Numbered from the stretch's first letter, positions 46,352-58,033 are shown. The stretch: DNA of 64,000 nt from an uncultured Gammaproteobacteria bacterium (GCA_963827755.1 CAWHCQ010000012.1:1-64000), one strand, 5' to 3'. Numbers and translations: made by a program. Notes: generated from the sequence alone by a model not told the origin.

Positions 46352-49300
46352 ATGTCACAATCTGCCGGTACCAGCACAACAGACCACGCAAACCACAGCG
46401 CCCTGATGCCCGCTTTGCCGGGCAAGGGTGAGACGCTGGTCTGGACAGGCCTGTCGGGCGACAGCCTGCCGCTGGCCATTGCCAATGCAGTGCAAACGCT
46501 GGAAGGCCTGCTGGTCATCATTACCCCCGACATGCAGTCTGCCGAGCTGCTGCAAGAGCAGTATGCTTTTTTCAGCCGCGATGCTGACAAGCCCGCCATT
46601 ATTTTTCCGGACTGGGAAACCCTGCCCTACGATAATTTTTCACCGCACCAGGACATCATTTCCCAGCGGCTTGCTTCCCTGTACCGGCTGCCTGAACTGC
46701 GTCGCGGATTGCTGATCGTGTCCGCCCCGACTGTCATGCAACGGCTGCCCCCGCCTGACTATATTTTCGATAACAGCCTGCTGCTGAAGACCGGTGACCA
46801 GCTGGAACCCGCGGAAATGCGGGTACGCCTGGAGAGTGCAGGCTATCGCTGCGTGTCCCAGGTAATGGAGCACGGGGAGTTCGCCGTGCGCGGTTCCCTG
46901 CTCGACCTGTTCCCCATGGGCAGTGAGCAGCCGTTTCGAATTGATTTTTTTGACCGGGAAATCGAGTCAATCAGGACATTTGACCCGGAAACCCAGCGCA
47001 CCATCGAAAGCCGCGACGGAATAAAGATGTTGCCCGCACGTGAATTCCCGATGGACGAGGCTGCTATCCGTGCTTTCCGTCAGCGTTACCGTGCCCGCTT
47101 CGAAGGTGATCCGCAGGCCTGCAATATCTACCGTGAGGTGAGCCAGGGGACTGCCTCGGCCGGCATCGAGTACTACCTGCCCCTGTTCTTTGAAAAGACC
47201 AGTACCCTGTTCGAGTATCTCCCGGATTCCAGTTGTATCGTGAAACTGGATGCGACCGACAGGGCCTGTGAGAACTTTTACATCCAGTTGCTGGAGCGCT
47301 ATGAATTCAGACGTCATGACCTGCAAAGACCGGTATTGCCGCCAGACCAGCTGTTCCTCGAAATGGAACAACTGCAACAACAGCTGAGCGGGTATCCCCT
47401 GGTCAACATCAGCCTGTTCAGGGAGGTGCAAAAAGGCAAGGGAACGGTTGATCACCATGCAAAACTTCCCGGCAATCTTCGAATCAGGGCGCGGAGTGAG
47501 CAGCCGGCAAGCGCCTTGCAGGATTTCCTTGAGAACACACCCTGCCGCACCCTGCTGACGGCGGAATCCACGGGTCGGCGGGAAACCCTGCTCGACCAGC
47601 TGCGGGGTTTCGGCATACACCCGCAACAGGTCGACAGCTGGCAGGCCTTCCTTGATTCGGAAAACCCGCTGTCGATCACCGTTGCACCGCTCGAGCAGGG
47701 GCTGGTGCTGGCGTCCCCCGCCCTTGCAATCATTCCGGAAACGGCCATTTTCGGAGACCGTGCGCGACAGGCACGCAGACGAAAACCGGCACGTGACCCG
47801 GCCAGCATCATCAGGAACCTTACTGACCTGGAAATCGCTGCACCCGTCGTCCATGAGGAGCACGGTGTAGGCCGCTATCTGGGTCTTGAAAGGCTCGAGG
47901 TGGGTGATATAGAAAATGAATATCTCGCCCTCGAGTATGCGGGTGGCGACAAACTCTATGTCCCGGTCGCTTCACTTGCGCTGATCAGCCGTTATACCGG
48001 CGCCACTCCGGAATCAGCGCCGCTGCACAAACTCGGCAGCGACCAGTGGGACCGTGCCCGCCGCAAGGCTGCAAAGCGTATCCATGATGTTGCCGCTGAA
48101 TTACTTGATATTTACGCCCGGCGGGCCGCCCGCAAGGGTCACGCCTACGCCATTCCCGGCAGCGAATATGCGGCGTTTGCTTCCAGTTTCCCCTTTGAGG
48201 AAACCCCGCACCAGGAAGAAACCATCAGCAAGGTCCTTGCGGACATGCAATCAACGATGCCCATGGATCGCCTGGTCTGCGGAGATGTCGGTTTCGGCAA
48301 GACAGAAGTTGCAATGCGCGCGGCATTCCTCGCCGTCCAGGATGGCAAACAGGTCGCCATACTGGTACCAACCACGCTGCTGGCGCAACAGCACTTCCAG
48401 AATTTCTCCGACCGCTTCTCTGACTGGCCGGTACGCATCGAATTGCTGTCACGTTTTCGTTCGGGAAAAGAGCAGAACAGCGCTCTTCAAGGACTTGAGG
48501 CCGGTACGGTCGATATAGTGGTTGGTACACACAAGCTGCTACAACCCGCTATAAAGTACAAACGGCTCGGGCTGCTGATAATTGATGAAGAACACCGCTT
48601 CGGTGTTCGCCAGAAAGAACTGATCAAGAACCTGCGTTCCGAAATCGACATTCTTACCCTGACGGCAACACCGATACCACGCACCCTCAATATGTCACTC
48701 TCGGGCATGCGCGATCTCTCCATAATATCGACACCCCCTGAAAACCGGCTCGCCGTCAAAACCTTCGTTTGCGAATGGGACAGCGCAATTATCCGCGAGG
48801 CCTGCCTGCGCGAAATCAGGCGTGGCGGACAGGTGTACTTCCTGCATAACCAGGTCGAGTCAATTGAACGCATGGCAGAGGAACTGGGTAAAATAATTCC
48901 CGAGGCCAGCATCGAGATCGCGCATGGCCAGATGCGCGAACAGGCACTTGAGCAGGTGATGCTGGATTTTTACCACCGGCGCTTCAACATACTGTTGTGC
49001 AGCACAATTATCGAGAGCGGCATCGATGTCTCCAGCGCCAACACGATTATCATGAACCGCGCTGACAAGCTTGGTCTTGCCCAGTTACACCAGTTACGCG
49101 GGCGCGTCGGACGGTCACATCATCGCGCCTATGCCTACCTGATTATTCCGCCGCGCAGCACCATGACGGCAGATGCCGAGAAACGGCTGGCAGCGGTTGA
49201 GTCCATGGAAGAACTCGGTGCCGGCTTTACCCTGGCAACACACGACCTTGAAATCCGCGGTGCCGGTGAACTGCTCGGTGCCGACCAGAGCGGGCAGATC

Positions 49301-49864
49301 CATGAAATCGGCTACACGCTCTATACCGACCTGCTTGAACGGGCGGTCCGGGCGCTCAAGGAAGGACGCACCCCGAAGCTGGACCAGCCGTTGCACCAGG
49401 GGCCGGAGATAGACCTGCTGACAGCAGCATTGCTGCCTGATGACTATATCGCAGACGTACATACGCGGCTGGTCATTTACAAGCGCATCGCCGGCATGGA
49501 GACAAACGAGGACCTGAGAGAATTGCAGGTGGAACTGATCGACCGCTTCGGCCTGCTGCCGCAAGCTGCAAAAAACCTGTTCAGAATATCGGAGCTGAAA
49601 CTGGTCGCGGCGCCCATGGGTATCAGGAAAATCGAGGTCGGCAGCACGGAAGGCCGCATCCTGTTCGGGCGCGAACCGGATATCGACACTGAAAAGCTGG
49701 TAGAACTGATTCAGACCAGGCCGGACAGGTTTCGCTTCGAAGGCGGCAACAAGCTGAGATTGTACGGAGAATTTCCCGCGGAAGAGGAGCGTTTCAATAT
49801 AATTTCAGATATGCTTGCCCTGCTTTCAGGGCAGGAAACCCGACTCAATAACCAGGCACCATGA
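46352..49864 (+). CDS. mfd: Transcription-repair coupling factor Mfd
   Basis: FPDWETLPYD, GDVGFGKT, DEEH, TATPIPRT and QLRGRVGRS. Start uncertain. Confidence 0.98.
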   Translation: MSQSAGTSTTDHANHSALMPALPGKGETLVWTGLSGDSLPLAIANAVQTLEGLLVIITPDMQSAELLQEQYAFFSRDADKPAIIFPDWETLPYDNFSPHQDIISQRLASLYRLPELRRGLLIVSAPTVMQRLPPPDYIFDNSLLLKTGDQLEPAEMRVRLESAGYRCVSQVMEHGEFAVRGSLLDLFPMGSEQPFRIDFFDREIESIRTFDPETQRTIESRDGIKMLPAREFPMDEAAIRAFRQRYRARFEGDPQACNIYREVSQGTASAGIEYYLPLFFEKTSTLFEYLPDSSCIVKLDATDRACENFYIQLLERYEFRRHDLQRPVLPPDQLFLEMEQLQQQLSGYPLVNISLFREVQKGKGTVDHHAKLPGNLRIRARSEQPASALQDFLENTPCRTLLTAESTGRRETLLDQLRGFGIHPQQVDSWQAFLDSENPLSITVAPLEQGLVLASPALAIIPETAIFGDRARQARRRKPARDPASIIRNLTDLEIAAPVVHEEHGVGRYLGLERLEVGDIENEYLALEYAGGDKLYVPVASLALISRYTGATPESAPLHKLGSDQWDRARRKAAKRIHDVAAELLDIYARRAARKGHAYAIPGSEYAAFASSFPFEETPHQEETISKVLADMQSTMPMDRLVCGDVGFGKTEVAMRAAFLAVQDGKQVAILVPTTLLAQQHFQNFSDRFSDWPVRIELLSRFRSGKEQNSALQGLEAGTVDIVVGTHKLLQPAIKYKRLGLLIIDEEHRFGVRQKELIKNLRSEIDILTLTATPIPRTLNMSLSGMRDLSIISTPPENRLAVKTFVCEWDSAIIREACLREIRRGGQVYFLHNQVESIERMAEELGKIIPEASIEIAHGQMREQALEQVMLDFYHRRFNILLCSTIIESGIDVSSANTIIMNRADKLGLAQLHQLRGRVGRSHHRAYAYLIIPPRSTMTADAEKRLAAVESMEELGAGFTLATHDLEIRGAGELLGADQSGQIHEIGYTLYTDLLERAVRALKEGRTPKLDQPLHQGPEIDLLTAALLPDDYIADVHTRLVIYKRIAGMETNEDLRELQVELIDRFGLLPQAAKNLFRISELKLVAAPMGIRKIEVGSTEGRILFGREPDIDTEKLVELIQTRPDRFRFEGGNKLRLYGEFPAEEERFNIISDMLALLSGQETRLNNQAP

Positions 49865-50586
49865 CCATGCATCAATTTTCCACCAGACCCGTCAGAGGCG
49901 CTCGCTTGATCGCTGCCTGTATCCCGCTGATCATTTTCTGGGCTCAGGCAGCACAGGCTGCAATGCCCCCCGTCTACGATGTAGAACTTGTCGTTTTTAC
50001 CAATGAATCTTCAAGTGATGACGGCGAGAACTGGAACAACCCCGATCCTGGTGCAATCAGGCCTACAGGCTTTTTCCCGGAAGATCAGTTTACCGAACTG
50101 GCCAGCGCCTACTACTCGTTAAACAATATAAGCCGGGCACTTGAGCGTTCCGGAAGACATACCGTGTTGTTCCACAGGGCCTGGCGGCAGCTCGCATACG
50201 ACAAGGCAAATGCCGTCGCCTACCCGGTCCATTCCATTGCGGAAAACAGGCGCGACAGCATCGAGGGTGTCATCAAGCTTGTGCGTGAACGCTTTCTGCA
50301 TCTTGATGTGAATTTGCAGCTGATGTCGGCAATCGATGGTACCGAGGTCATGTTCTCGGATGCCCCGAACAGCAGACCGGCCTTTGAACTCATTGAAAGC
50401 CGGCGCATCAACAGCAACGTCCTGCACTATTTTGACCACCCCCGCTTCGGTCTGATCGCCAAAGTGACGCCTTTCATCAGCAAAAACGCAGGCACTCCTG
50501 CAGAGGAAGACGCGCTAGAGACGCCGCCCGACGCTGAAATGGAGATCGACCAGCCAAATCCTGCCGACGACCAGTTGACCCGCTAG
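49861..50586 (+). CDS. CsiV-family peptidoglycan-binding protein
   Basis: Signal peptide, YDVELVVF, HRAWRQ and HYFDHPRFG; follows mfd. Confidence 0.85.
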   Translation: MTMHQFSTRPVRGARLIAACIPLIIFWAQAAQAAMPPVYDVELVVFTNESSSDDGENWNNPDPGAIRPTGFFPEDQFTELASAYYSLNNISRALERSGRHTVLFHRAWRQLAYDKANAVAYPVHSIAENRRDSIEGVIKLVRERFLHLDVNLQLMSAIDGTEVMFSDAPNSRPAFELIESRRINSNVLHYFDHPRFGLIAKVTPFISKNAGTPAEEDALETPPDAEMEIDQPNPADDQLTR

Positions 50587-51365
50587 CGGCCTGCCGAAAG
50601 CTCCCGGGCAAGCTCGCCGGCCCCGGGGCTGGACCGGACAAGCTGCTCCAGGAGAGTCCTGACCTGCGCCAGGCCCGTGGTAATGTACCGGTCGATCATT
50701 TCCATCGTTATGGGTTCTTCGCCGCGACCTGCCGCCCGGTTGGCGGAAACAGCACAGGCGGCATAACAAAGACCCAGCTCGCGTGCGAGGGCCGCCTCCG
50801 GCATGCCGGTCATGCCGACCACATCGCAACCATCCCGGTCCATGCGATCGATCTCCGCGGCCGTCTCCAGTCGCGGGCCCTGGGTGGCCCCGTAGGTTCC
50901 GGACTCGAAAAGCGTGACACCCGCTTCCCTCGCCGCGGCAAGCAACGCCATGCGCATTTCCCGGCAATAGGGTTCGGTAAAGTCTATGTGGGTCACACTC
51001 TCCAGGTCATCTTCAAAAAACGTGTGATGACGTGACCAGGTGTAATCGATGATCTGATCGGGAATAACCAGTGCTCCCGGGACGATGTCCTCATGGATCG
51101 CACCGACGGCACATATGGAGATGACCTTGCTGACACCCTTGTTTTTGAGACACCACAGGTTTGCCCGGTAGTTGACCATGTGCGGCGGTATGGTATGCCC
51201 GTAACCGTGCCGCGGCAGAAACACGACATCCTTGCCATACAGGGTGCCGCAGGAAATTTCCCCGGAAGGTTCCCCGTAGGGTGTATGCATGACTTCGCGC
51301 CGCTTGATCTCGAGACCTGCCAGGCGCGTCAGCCCGGTGCCGCCGATAATTGCAAGTTCGGTCAT
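50583..51365 (-). CDS. S-methyl-5'-thioinosine/thioadenosine phosphorylase
   Basis: IIGGTG, TPYGEPS, PRHG, GPRLETAAE and VGMT. Confidence 0.93.
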   Translation of the reverse strand: MTELAIIGGTGLTRLAGLEIKRREVMHTPYGEPSGEISCGTLYGKDVVFLPRHGYGHTIPPHMVNYRANLWCLKNKGVSKVISICAVGAIHEDIVPGALVIPDQIIDYTWSRHHTFFEDDLESVTHIDFTEPYCREMRMALLAAAREAGVTLFESGTYGATQGPRLETAAEIDRMDRDGCDVVGMTGMPEAALARELGLCYAACAVSANRAAGRGEEPITMEMIDRYITTGLAQVRTLLEQLVRSSPGAGELARELSAGR

Positions 51366-51401
51366 GAATTTTCCTGTCCCGGTTTGCGGTCGAATGACCG
51401 G

Positions 51402-51962
51402 CTAGTCAGCGGAATCGCCAAGGGCAAATATGCCATTCAGGTTACGCAGATAATTCCTGTAATCCATGCCGAAGCCGAAGACGTAGCGGTCCTCGACCTG
51501 CAGACCGATGAAATCGGCCGCTATCCCGGGTGCGCGCCGGTCATGCAGTTTCTCGATCAGCACCGCGGTGTACACGCGGCTCGCCCCGGCATCCCTGCAA
51601 AACTCGAGGACATGCGCCAGGGTATGACCTTCGTCGAGGATGTCATCGATGACCAGGACAGTCCTCCCCTGCAGCGAGGTCCCCGGCTTGCTCAACCAGT
51701 GCACCTCTTCACCCCGGGTCTCGCCACGGTAGCGGGTCGCGTGCAGGTAATCGGTCTCCAGCGGAAACGGCAGGCGGGTAATAATGTGCCCCGTCGGGAT
51801 TATCCCGCCGGTCAGCACGCACAGGACCACTGGAAAAGAATCGCCGAGTTCGGCTGTTATCTCCGCGGCCATGCGGTCGAGCGCACGATGCACGGACTCC
51901 GGCCCATGCAGGCAGAGCGCATTCTCGCTGATGGCCCTGACTTCATCCCGGGTGAGTGGCAT
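51402..51962 (-). CDS. Hypoxanthine-guanine phosphoribosyltransferase
   Basis: VLVIDDILDEGHTL PRPP-binding motif and YVFGFGMDY. Confidence 0.93.
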   Translation of the reverse strand: MPLTRDEVRAISENALCLHGPESVHRALDRMAAEITAELGDSFPVVLCVLTGGIIPTGHIITRLPFPLETDYLHATRYRGETRGEEVHWLSKPGTSLQGRTVLVIDDILDEGHTLAHVLEFCRDAGASRVYTAVLIEKLHDRRAPGIAADFIGLQVEDRYVFGFGMDYRNYLRNLNGIFALGDSAD

Positions 51963-53053
51963 TGGCGGCGATCTGTGCAAGTTCAGGCATGTGCAGGGTT
52001 GAGGTCGGGTACGCGATTTCGGCTCCGTGAGCCGCAACGATCGTCACTGATTTTCAGCAATACATCCTGCTTGATTTCATGATAACGCGTCCATACCGTG
52101 GTGCGCGTAAAGGTATAGATAAAAAAGTCCAGGGATGACTCGGAAAAACTGTTGAAGTTCACCATCAGCGTCTGGCCGGTATCGATTTCAGGGTGGTTCA
52201 CCAACATGGATTTGACGTCATCGATTATCAGCGGCACCTTCTTTATGTCATCGTAGCGCAAGCCGATGGTTTCTTTGATACGCCGATGCGACATTCGGGA
52301 TGGATTAACGACAGCTATCGTCGAGAAAACCCCGTTAGGTACGTAGATCGGTCGTTTATCAAAGGTCCTGATGCAGGTCAGTCGCCAGCCAATGGCTTCG
52401 ACTGTACCCTCGATATCCCGGTCCGGTGATCTGATCCAGTCACCGACGATGAAGGGCCGATCCAGGTAAAGCATCAATCCGCCAAAGAAGTTCGACAGCA
52501 GATCCTTGGCGGCGAAGCCGATGGCAATGCCACCGATACCACCAAAGGCCAGCACCCCCGAGATGCTGAAACCCAGTGTTTGCAATGCCACCAGTATGGC
52601 GGTGATGATAATCGACGCCTTGACCAGCTTGCCGATGGCGTCAACCGTTGTTGCATCAATTGTATTTTCCCGTGAGTCACCTCGATCAAGTGCATCCTGC
52701 TGCAGGTTACTGACCAGCCGCAACAGGAACCAGGTGATCACGGCGATGACACCAACGTCACGTAAGGGCCCGACTGCATTGAATATCGCCGCTTCTGTTT
52801 TCAGGCGAACGATATCGGCGGCAAAGGCAATACCGACAATCCAGATGAGCAGCCCGAGTGGCTTTCTCAGGGCAGAGATGAAGGCATCATCCCAGGAGAC
52901 ACGTGTCTGCTGCAGCCTGCGATGCAGACGTTTGCTAAACAGGCCAACCAACAGGCTCAACACCAGGGTCAAAAAAACAACGACAAACACCTGTGCAATC
53001 CAGGCGTTATCCCCGGCCCAGCCAAGCAGTGCCTGGTAGGGCTTATCCAGCAT
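51943..53053 (-). CDS. Small-conductance mechanosensitive channel (MscS family); frameshift near 52040
   Basis: GIAIGFAAKD, DRPFIVGDWI and GTVEAIGWR. The corrected tail IVAAHGAEIAYPT stops at 51943. Confidence 0.92.
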
Positions 53054-53147
53054 CCGGGAAGTTCCAGAATTTTTCTGAAGTATTCATCGTAACGTTTTGT
53101 TTATATTTAATTAATTGACCCTTAGGTATGCGGTCCGGACACAGGCA

Positions 53148-54195
53148 TTAAAGGTCCAGGTCCAGCTCGGGGCTCTCCTCGTAACCCCTCACGGCGGTCA
53201 CCGCCTGCTCCCAGCGAGGGTCGGCATGCAAATCTGCCAGGGAGACTGCAGCCCGGCCATGCATCCTTGCCATGCGCGTATGCGCAACCGGATTACGATA
53301 ATCAACCAGCGCCCCGGCGACCTGCTCTGCCTGCCCGCGCTGATTGCAAACCAGTACCATATCACAACCGGCCTGCAGGGATGCTTGCGCACGCGCACGT
53401 GTGATTACCGGCACAGGCAGCCCCCTCCATACTCAGATCATCACTGAAAATCAGCCCCTGAAAATTCAGTCGATCACGCAATACATCCTTGATCCATATC
53501 CTTGAAAAGCCAGCTGGCTGGCTATCGACCTTCGAATACACCACGTGCGCCATCATGATGGCGGCAAGCCCGTAATGGATCATGCGTCTGAAGGGTACGA
53601 TGTCCCATTGCTCGATGTCGGCAAAGGTACGCTCATCGACCGGCAGCGCGACATGGGAATCGGCTTTCACTGCTCCATGGCCCGGAAAGTGTTTACCGGT
53701 AGCCGCCATGCCCGCATCATGCATGCCCGTCTGGTAGGCATGCGCCAGCTCGGCGACGACCTCGGGACGTTTATGCAAAGCACGGTTGCCGATAATTGTC
53801 GAGACTCCCGAGCCAAGGTCCAGCACCGGTGCAAAACTCAGGTCAATACCGACTGCCCGCAGTTCACACGCCATCAACCAGCCGGTAACCTTCGCAAGAT
53901 GCCTGGCGCGATGCACATCCTTGTCATAGATACTGCCAAGGCATGACAGGGGCGGAAGATGGGTAAACCCTTCCCTGAAGCGCTGCACGCGACCGCCTTC
54001 CTGGTCGACCGCGACCAGCAAATGCGGGTCGCGCAGCCCGTGTATTTCGCCGGTTAATGCAGCAAGCTGACCGGTCGATTCATGGTTGCGCGTAAACAGG
54101 ATCACGCCGCCGACAGCCGGGTGTTTGAGCAGCTCGCGATCCTCCGCGGTCAGTTCAAGACCTTCGATGTCGATCATCAGGGGACCCAGTGTCAT
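53148..54195 (-). CDS. nagZ: Beta-N-acetylhexosaminidase NagZ; frameshift near 53410
   Basis: [19 protein letters not shown] and SDDLSM. The C-terminus [10 protein letters not shown] is in the shifted frame. Confidence 0.95.
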
Positions 54196-55004
54196 GATGG
54201 TTTTCCCGTCCTGGCTGTCATTCGTGTATCCAGTCTATCGCGCAATCGGTCACCCAGCAGGTTGACAGAGAGCACCACGGCAAAAATTGCCACACCCGGC
54301 GCCAGCACCATGTGCGGGGCGACCAGCATGTAGCGGGTGCCGTCCCTGATCATGGCGCCCCAGGAGGCCGCCGGTGGCTGCACCCCCAGCCCGAGAAATG
54401 ACAGGCCCGCCTCGGCAATGACCACGGCGGCAATCCCGAACGTGGCCTCCACGATCAGCGGCGCGGCCATCAGCGGCAGCAGGTGTCGCCTTATAATGCG
54501 CCACTTGCCGCTGCCGAGCGCCTCTGCGGCCTGCACATGTTCGCGGTGCCTGAGCGACAGCACCTGCACGCGGGACAGGCGCGCATAGCCTACCCAGCCA
54601 ACCGTGGTGAGCGCAATGACGACATTTTCTATCCCCGGACCGAGCAACCCGGCCAGGGCGATCGCCAGCAGGATGCCCGGAAAAGCCAGGAAGACATCCA
54701 CGACCTGCACCGTGACACGGTCCCACCAGCCACCATAAAAGGCACTCGCGGTACCCAGCAGTGTCCCGAGCAGCACCGACAGGCCAACCACCCAGAAGGA
54801 GACCAGGAAGGAGGTGCGCGCCCCGATAATCAGGCGGTCATCTATCTGTCGGCCGAGGTCATCGAAACCGAGCAGTGCGCCGCTGGCAGGCGTGTCGAGA
54901 ATCCTGTCCAGCTGAATCGCGTTCGGCGTCAACGCCAGATACTCTCCGCCGACCGATATCAGCGCCCACGAGGCAAGCACGGCAAAGGGAACCCACCGGG
55001 CCAT
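54192..55004 (-). CDS. Peptide/nickel ABC transporter permease (DppC-like)
   Basis: [14 protein letters not shown] and [19 protein letters not shown]. Confidence 0.93.
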   Translation of the reverse strand: MARWVPFAVLASWALISVGGEYLALTPNAIQLDRILDTPASGALLGFDDLGRQIDDRLIIGARTSFLVSFWVVGLSVLLGTLLGTASAFYGGWWDRVTVQVVDVFLAFPGILLAIALAGLLGPGIENVVIALTTVGWVGYARLSRVQVLSLRHREHVQAAEALGSGKWRIIRRHLLPLMAAPLIVEATFGIAAVVIAEAGLSFLGLGVQPPAASWGAMIRDGTRYMLVAPHMVLAPGVAIFAVVLSVNLLGDRLRDRLDTRMTARTGKPS

Positions 55005-55933
55005 TACGCCACCCCCCCCAGCCGAATACGCGGATCGACCCAGGCATAGACAATATCGGTGAGCAGGTTCACCAGCACATAGGCCGTACTGATAAGCAGT
55101 ACGCAGGCCTGCAGCACCGGGTAATCACGGCTCTGGATGGACTCGATGGTCAGCAGCCCCACACCGGGCCAGCTGAAAACCGTTTCGGTAATGACAGCAC
55201 CGGCCAGCAAGGCGCCCAGTTGCAGGCCCAGCAGGGTGATAACAGGCAACAGGGCATTGCGCAGGCCATGCCGCAGGATGACACGTCGCGGGGCCAGTCC
55301 CCTGGCTTTGGCTGAACGCATGTAGTCCTCGCCCAGCACCTCCAGCATGCTGCTGCGTACCATGCGCGACAACACGGCCGCGAGGCCGGTACCAAGCGTC
55401 AGGGCCGGCAATACCACCGAGGCAAAGCCGTCGCGGCCACTCACCGGGAACCAGCCCAGCCAGAGCGAGAACAGCAGGATCAACAGCGGCCCCAGCCAGA
55501 AGTTCGGAATGGAAACCCCGAGCATGGAAAAACCCATTGCACCACTGTCCCAGGCCGTGTTTCTGCGTATCGCGGCAATGAGGCCCAGCGGAAAAGCCAG
55601 GATCACAGTCACCGCCAGGGCCACGATCGCCAGCAGCCCGGTGGCCGGAAGCCGCTCGAGCAGCAGCCCGGATACCGGCTGCCGGGAATGAATGGATGTG
55701 CCGAGGTCGAGGTGCAGCAGGCCTTCAAGGTACGCCAGGTACTGGACCATCAACGGCCTGTCCAGGCCAAGCGCGCTGCGCAGGGCCTCCCGGTCCGCCA
55801 ACGATACCGATTCACCGAGCATGATTTCAACAGGATCACCCGGCACCAAATGGATCAGCAGAAAGACAATGCCCGTCACCCCGAAGATCACCAGCAGCGC
55901 ACCGAGCATGCGATTTATCAGGTATGAAACCAT
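55004..55933 (-). CDS. Peptide/nickel ABC transporter permease (DppB-like)
   Basis: HLVPGDP, AKARGL, LRNALLP, ETVFSWPG and RDYP. Confidence 0.93.
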   Translation of the reverse strand: MVSYLINRMLGALLVIFGVTGIVFLLIHLVPGDPVEIMLGESVSLADREALRSALGLDRPLMVQYLAYLEGLLHLDLGTSIHSRQPVSGLLLERLPATGLLAIVALAVTVILAFPLGLIAAIRRNTAWDSGAMGFSMLGVSIPNFWLGPLLILLFSLWLGWFPVSGRDGFASVVLPALTLGTGLAAVLSRMVRSSMLEVLGEDYMRSAKARGLAPRRVILRHGLRNALLPVITLLGLQLGALLAGAVITETVFSWPGVGLLTIESIQSRDYPVLQACVLLISTAYVLVNLLTDIVYAWVDPRIRLGGVA

Positions 55934-55991
55934 CAGGAAAACATCAGGAAATAATTATCTGCAGTGAACAGGGCTGACCCGAACAGGCCAG

Positions 55992-56492
55992 CTACAATGC
56001 AGCCTCCTGTATGAGCACCGGGGTGCCAACCGGGACACGATCAAACAGGCGGATGACATCGTCGTTTTTCATCTTGACGCAACCATGAGATGACGGGATG
56101 CCCATCGGGTCCTCGTCCGGACAACCGTGGATATAGATGTAACGGCGCATGGAATCAACCTCGCCCGAACGGTTTGTGCCCGTATCCAGGCCGCTTAGCC
56201 AGAGAATACGGGTCAGCATCCAGTCACGCCCGGGATGTTGCAGCTTCAATTCCGGCGTGTAGATCTCGCCGGTTGGCCTGCGACCGACAAAGACCGTGTT
56301 TGCCGTACAGCCGTGGCCGATTTTTGCACGGACGACATGGCGACCACGCGGGGTGCATTCACTGTGCATGATCTCGCCCGGTCCGTTGGCTGCCGTGGAA
56401 ACCGCCACATCCATGACAAGTCTGCCGGATTCGTGCAACTGCAGCCGCTGCTCGTCGATACTGACAGAAATATTGAAAGGCGCAGGCTGCAT
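55992..56492 (-). CDS. L,D-transpeptidase (YkuD) family protein, no signal peptide
   Basis: YIYIHG...SHGCV catalytic motif and TPRGRH. Confidence 0.88.
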   Translation of the reverse strand: MQPAPFNISVSIDEQRLQLHESGRLVMDVAVSTAANGPGEIMHSECTPRGRHVVRAKIGHGCTANTVFVGRRPTGEIYTPELKLQHPGRDWMLTRILWLSGLDTGTNRSGEVDSMRRYIYIHGCPDEDPMGIPSSHGCVKMKNDDVIRLFDRVPVGTPVLIQEAAL

Positions 56493-56536
56493 GCGGGAAT
56501 TATACCGGTGTGTATGCGTCGGGAGGCAACTGTGTA

Positions 56537-58015
56537 CTAGTTTACACGCCTGACATTCACCAGGCTGTCATAGTTGCCGTCCCGCCCAAGCCGGTATCCC
56601 TCTATGCGGGTTCCGGCTGCATAGACATGATCTTCATACCAGAGCGGAATATACGGCAGCTCCTCGAGCAACCGGGCCTGCACCCTGCGATAGGCCAGCG
56701 CCTGCTGCTCAAGTGAGCCGGCCTGTTCTGCCGATTCAATCAGCTGATCAACGACCGGGTCCCTGAACCTGCCGCGGTTCGCACCTTCCGGTGGCAGCGA
56801 CTTGCTGTGAAAGGCATAGCGGAAGATATCCGGTGTCTTGATGCCCACCCAGGCGAGGCTGTACAGCTGGAAACGCCCTGCCTTGATATCGCCGTAAAAG
56901 GTACCCCAGTCGTAACTGGACAGCTTCATGTCCATTCCGGCTGCAGCCAGCTGCTGCTGGATAACGGTTGCGATACGCACCCGCAACGGGTCTGTCGAGG
57001 TCTTGAAATGCAATACCAGGGGACGCGCGGCGTCATAGCCCGCCTGCTGCAGCAGGGCCCTGGCCTTGAGCGGGTCGTGGGCCGGTGCCTGCAGTGCCGG
57101 GTTGCCGGCCCAGTGCCCGGGCTGGAGTAATGCCGCCGCCGGGCGGGCCGCGCCGCCGAGAATATGCCGCACGATGGCCTCGCGGTCGATGGCATGGGCG
57201 ATGGCCCTGCGCACCAGGATATTGCCCGTCACCGGGTCATCCAGGTTGAAACCGAGATAGGAGAAATTGCTGCCCGGTGCGGACTGTACCCTGATATCCG
57301 CCTGTCCGGACAGGTACTCCAGCAACTCACCGGGCAAGTCGTTTTGCAGCAAATCCACTTCCCTGCGCAGCAGCTTGAGCACCCTCACCGTGGGATCACC
57401 GATCCTGATGAATTCAAACAGCTGACCGTCGTCGATGCGCACGAGCTGCAGCTTCCCCGGCTCGGGCCAGCCTGCAAAACGAAACGGGCCGCTGCCCAGC
57501 GGGGTCTTATGAAACGGGTATTCGGCTGCAATGCCGGCGGCGGGCACGATACCGATGACCAGGTAGCCCGGGAACAGCGGGTCAGGCCGGTTGATATGAA
57601 AATCCACTGTGTCGCTGTCGATGACAACAATGTTTTCAATCAGTCGCAGACTGCTGGCATGCGCCGAGGCACTGGCCGGGTCGAGAATCGATTGGTACGT
57701 TGCCGCAACATCGACTGCCGTCAGCGGCGTTTCGTCGTGAAACATCGCCCGATTCGGGTCGAGGTGAAATCGATAGTGTTGCGGACCGAGCCTTTCCCAG
57801 CTGGCAAGTGAGGGCACCGGCCTGACCTGTTCGTCAAAATCCACCAGCCGCCGGTAGACAAGGCGATTAATGCGTGCCGAGGTAGCATCGGTAGCAAAGC
57901 GGGGATCGAGGTTGGCAGGACTGCTGGCAAGACCAAAGCGGATGGCCTCATCCGCCGGCCCGCTGCAGGCCGAAACAAGCAGCAGCAACCCGATAAATAA
58001 ATGTCTGGTTTGCAT
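56537..58015 (-). CDS. ABC transporter substrate-binding lipoprotein, family 5
   Basis: Lipobox VSAC, NLDP, GSGPF and VRRAIAHAIDR. Confidence 0.92.
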   Translation of the reverse strand: MQTRHLFIGLLLLVSACSGPADEAIRFGLASSPANLDPRFATDATSARINRLVYRRLVDFDEQVRPVPSLASWERLGPQHYRFHLDPNRAMFHDETPLTAVDVAATYQSILDPASASAHASSLRLIENIVVIDSDTVDFHINRPDPLFPGYLVIGIVPAAGIAAEYPFHKTPLGSGPFRFAGWPEPGKLQLVRIDDGQLFEFIRIGDPTVRVLKLLRREVDLLQNDLPGELLEYLSGQADIRVQSAPGSNFSYLGFNLDDPVTGNILVRRAIAHAIDREAIVRHILGGAARPAAALLQPGHWAGNPALQAPAHDPLKARALLQQAGYDAARPLVLHFKTSTDPLRVRIATVIQQQLAAAGMDMKLSSYDWGTFYGDIKAGRFQLYSLAWVGIKTPDIFRYAFHSKSLPPEGANRGRFRDPVVDQLIESAEQAGSLEQQALAYRRVQARLLEELPYIPLWYEDHVYAAGTRIEGYRLGRDGNYDSLVNVRRVN

Positions 58016-58033
58016 GTATTAACGCCCTGATTG

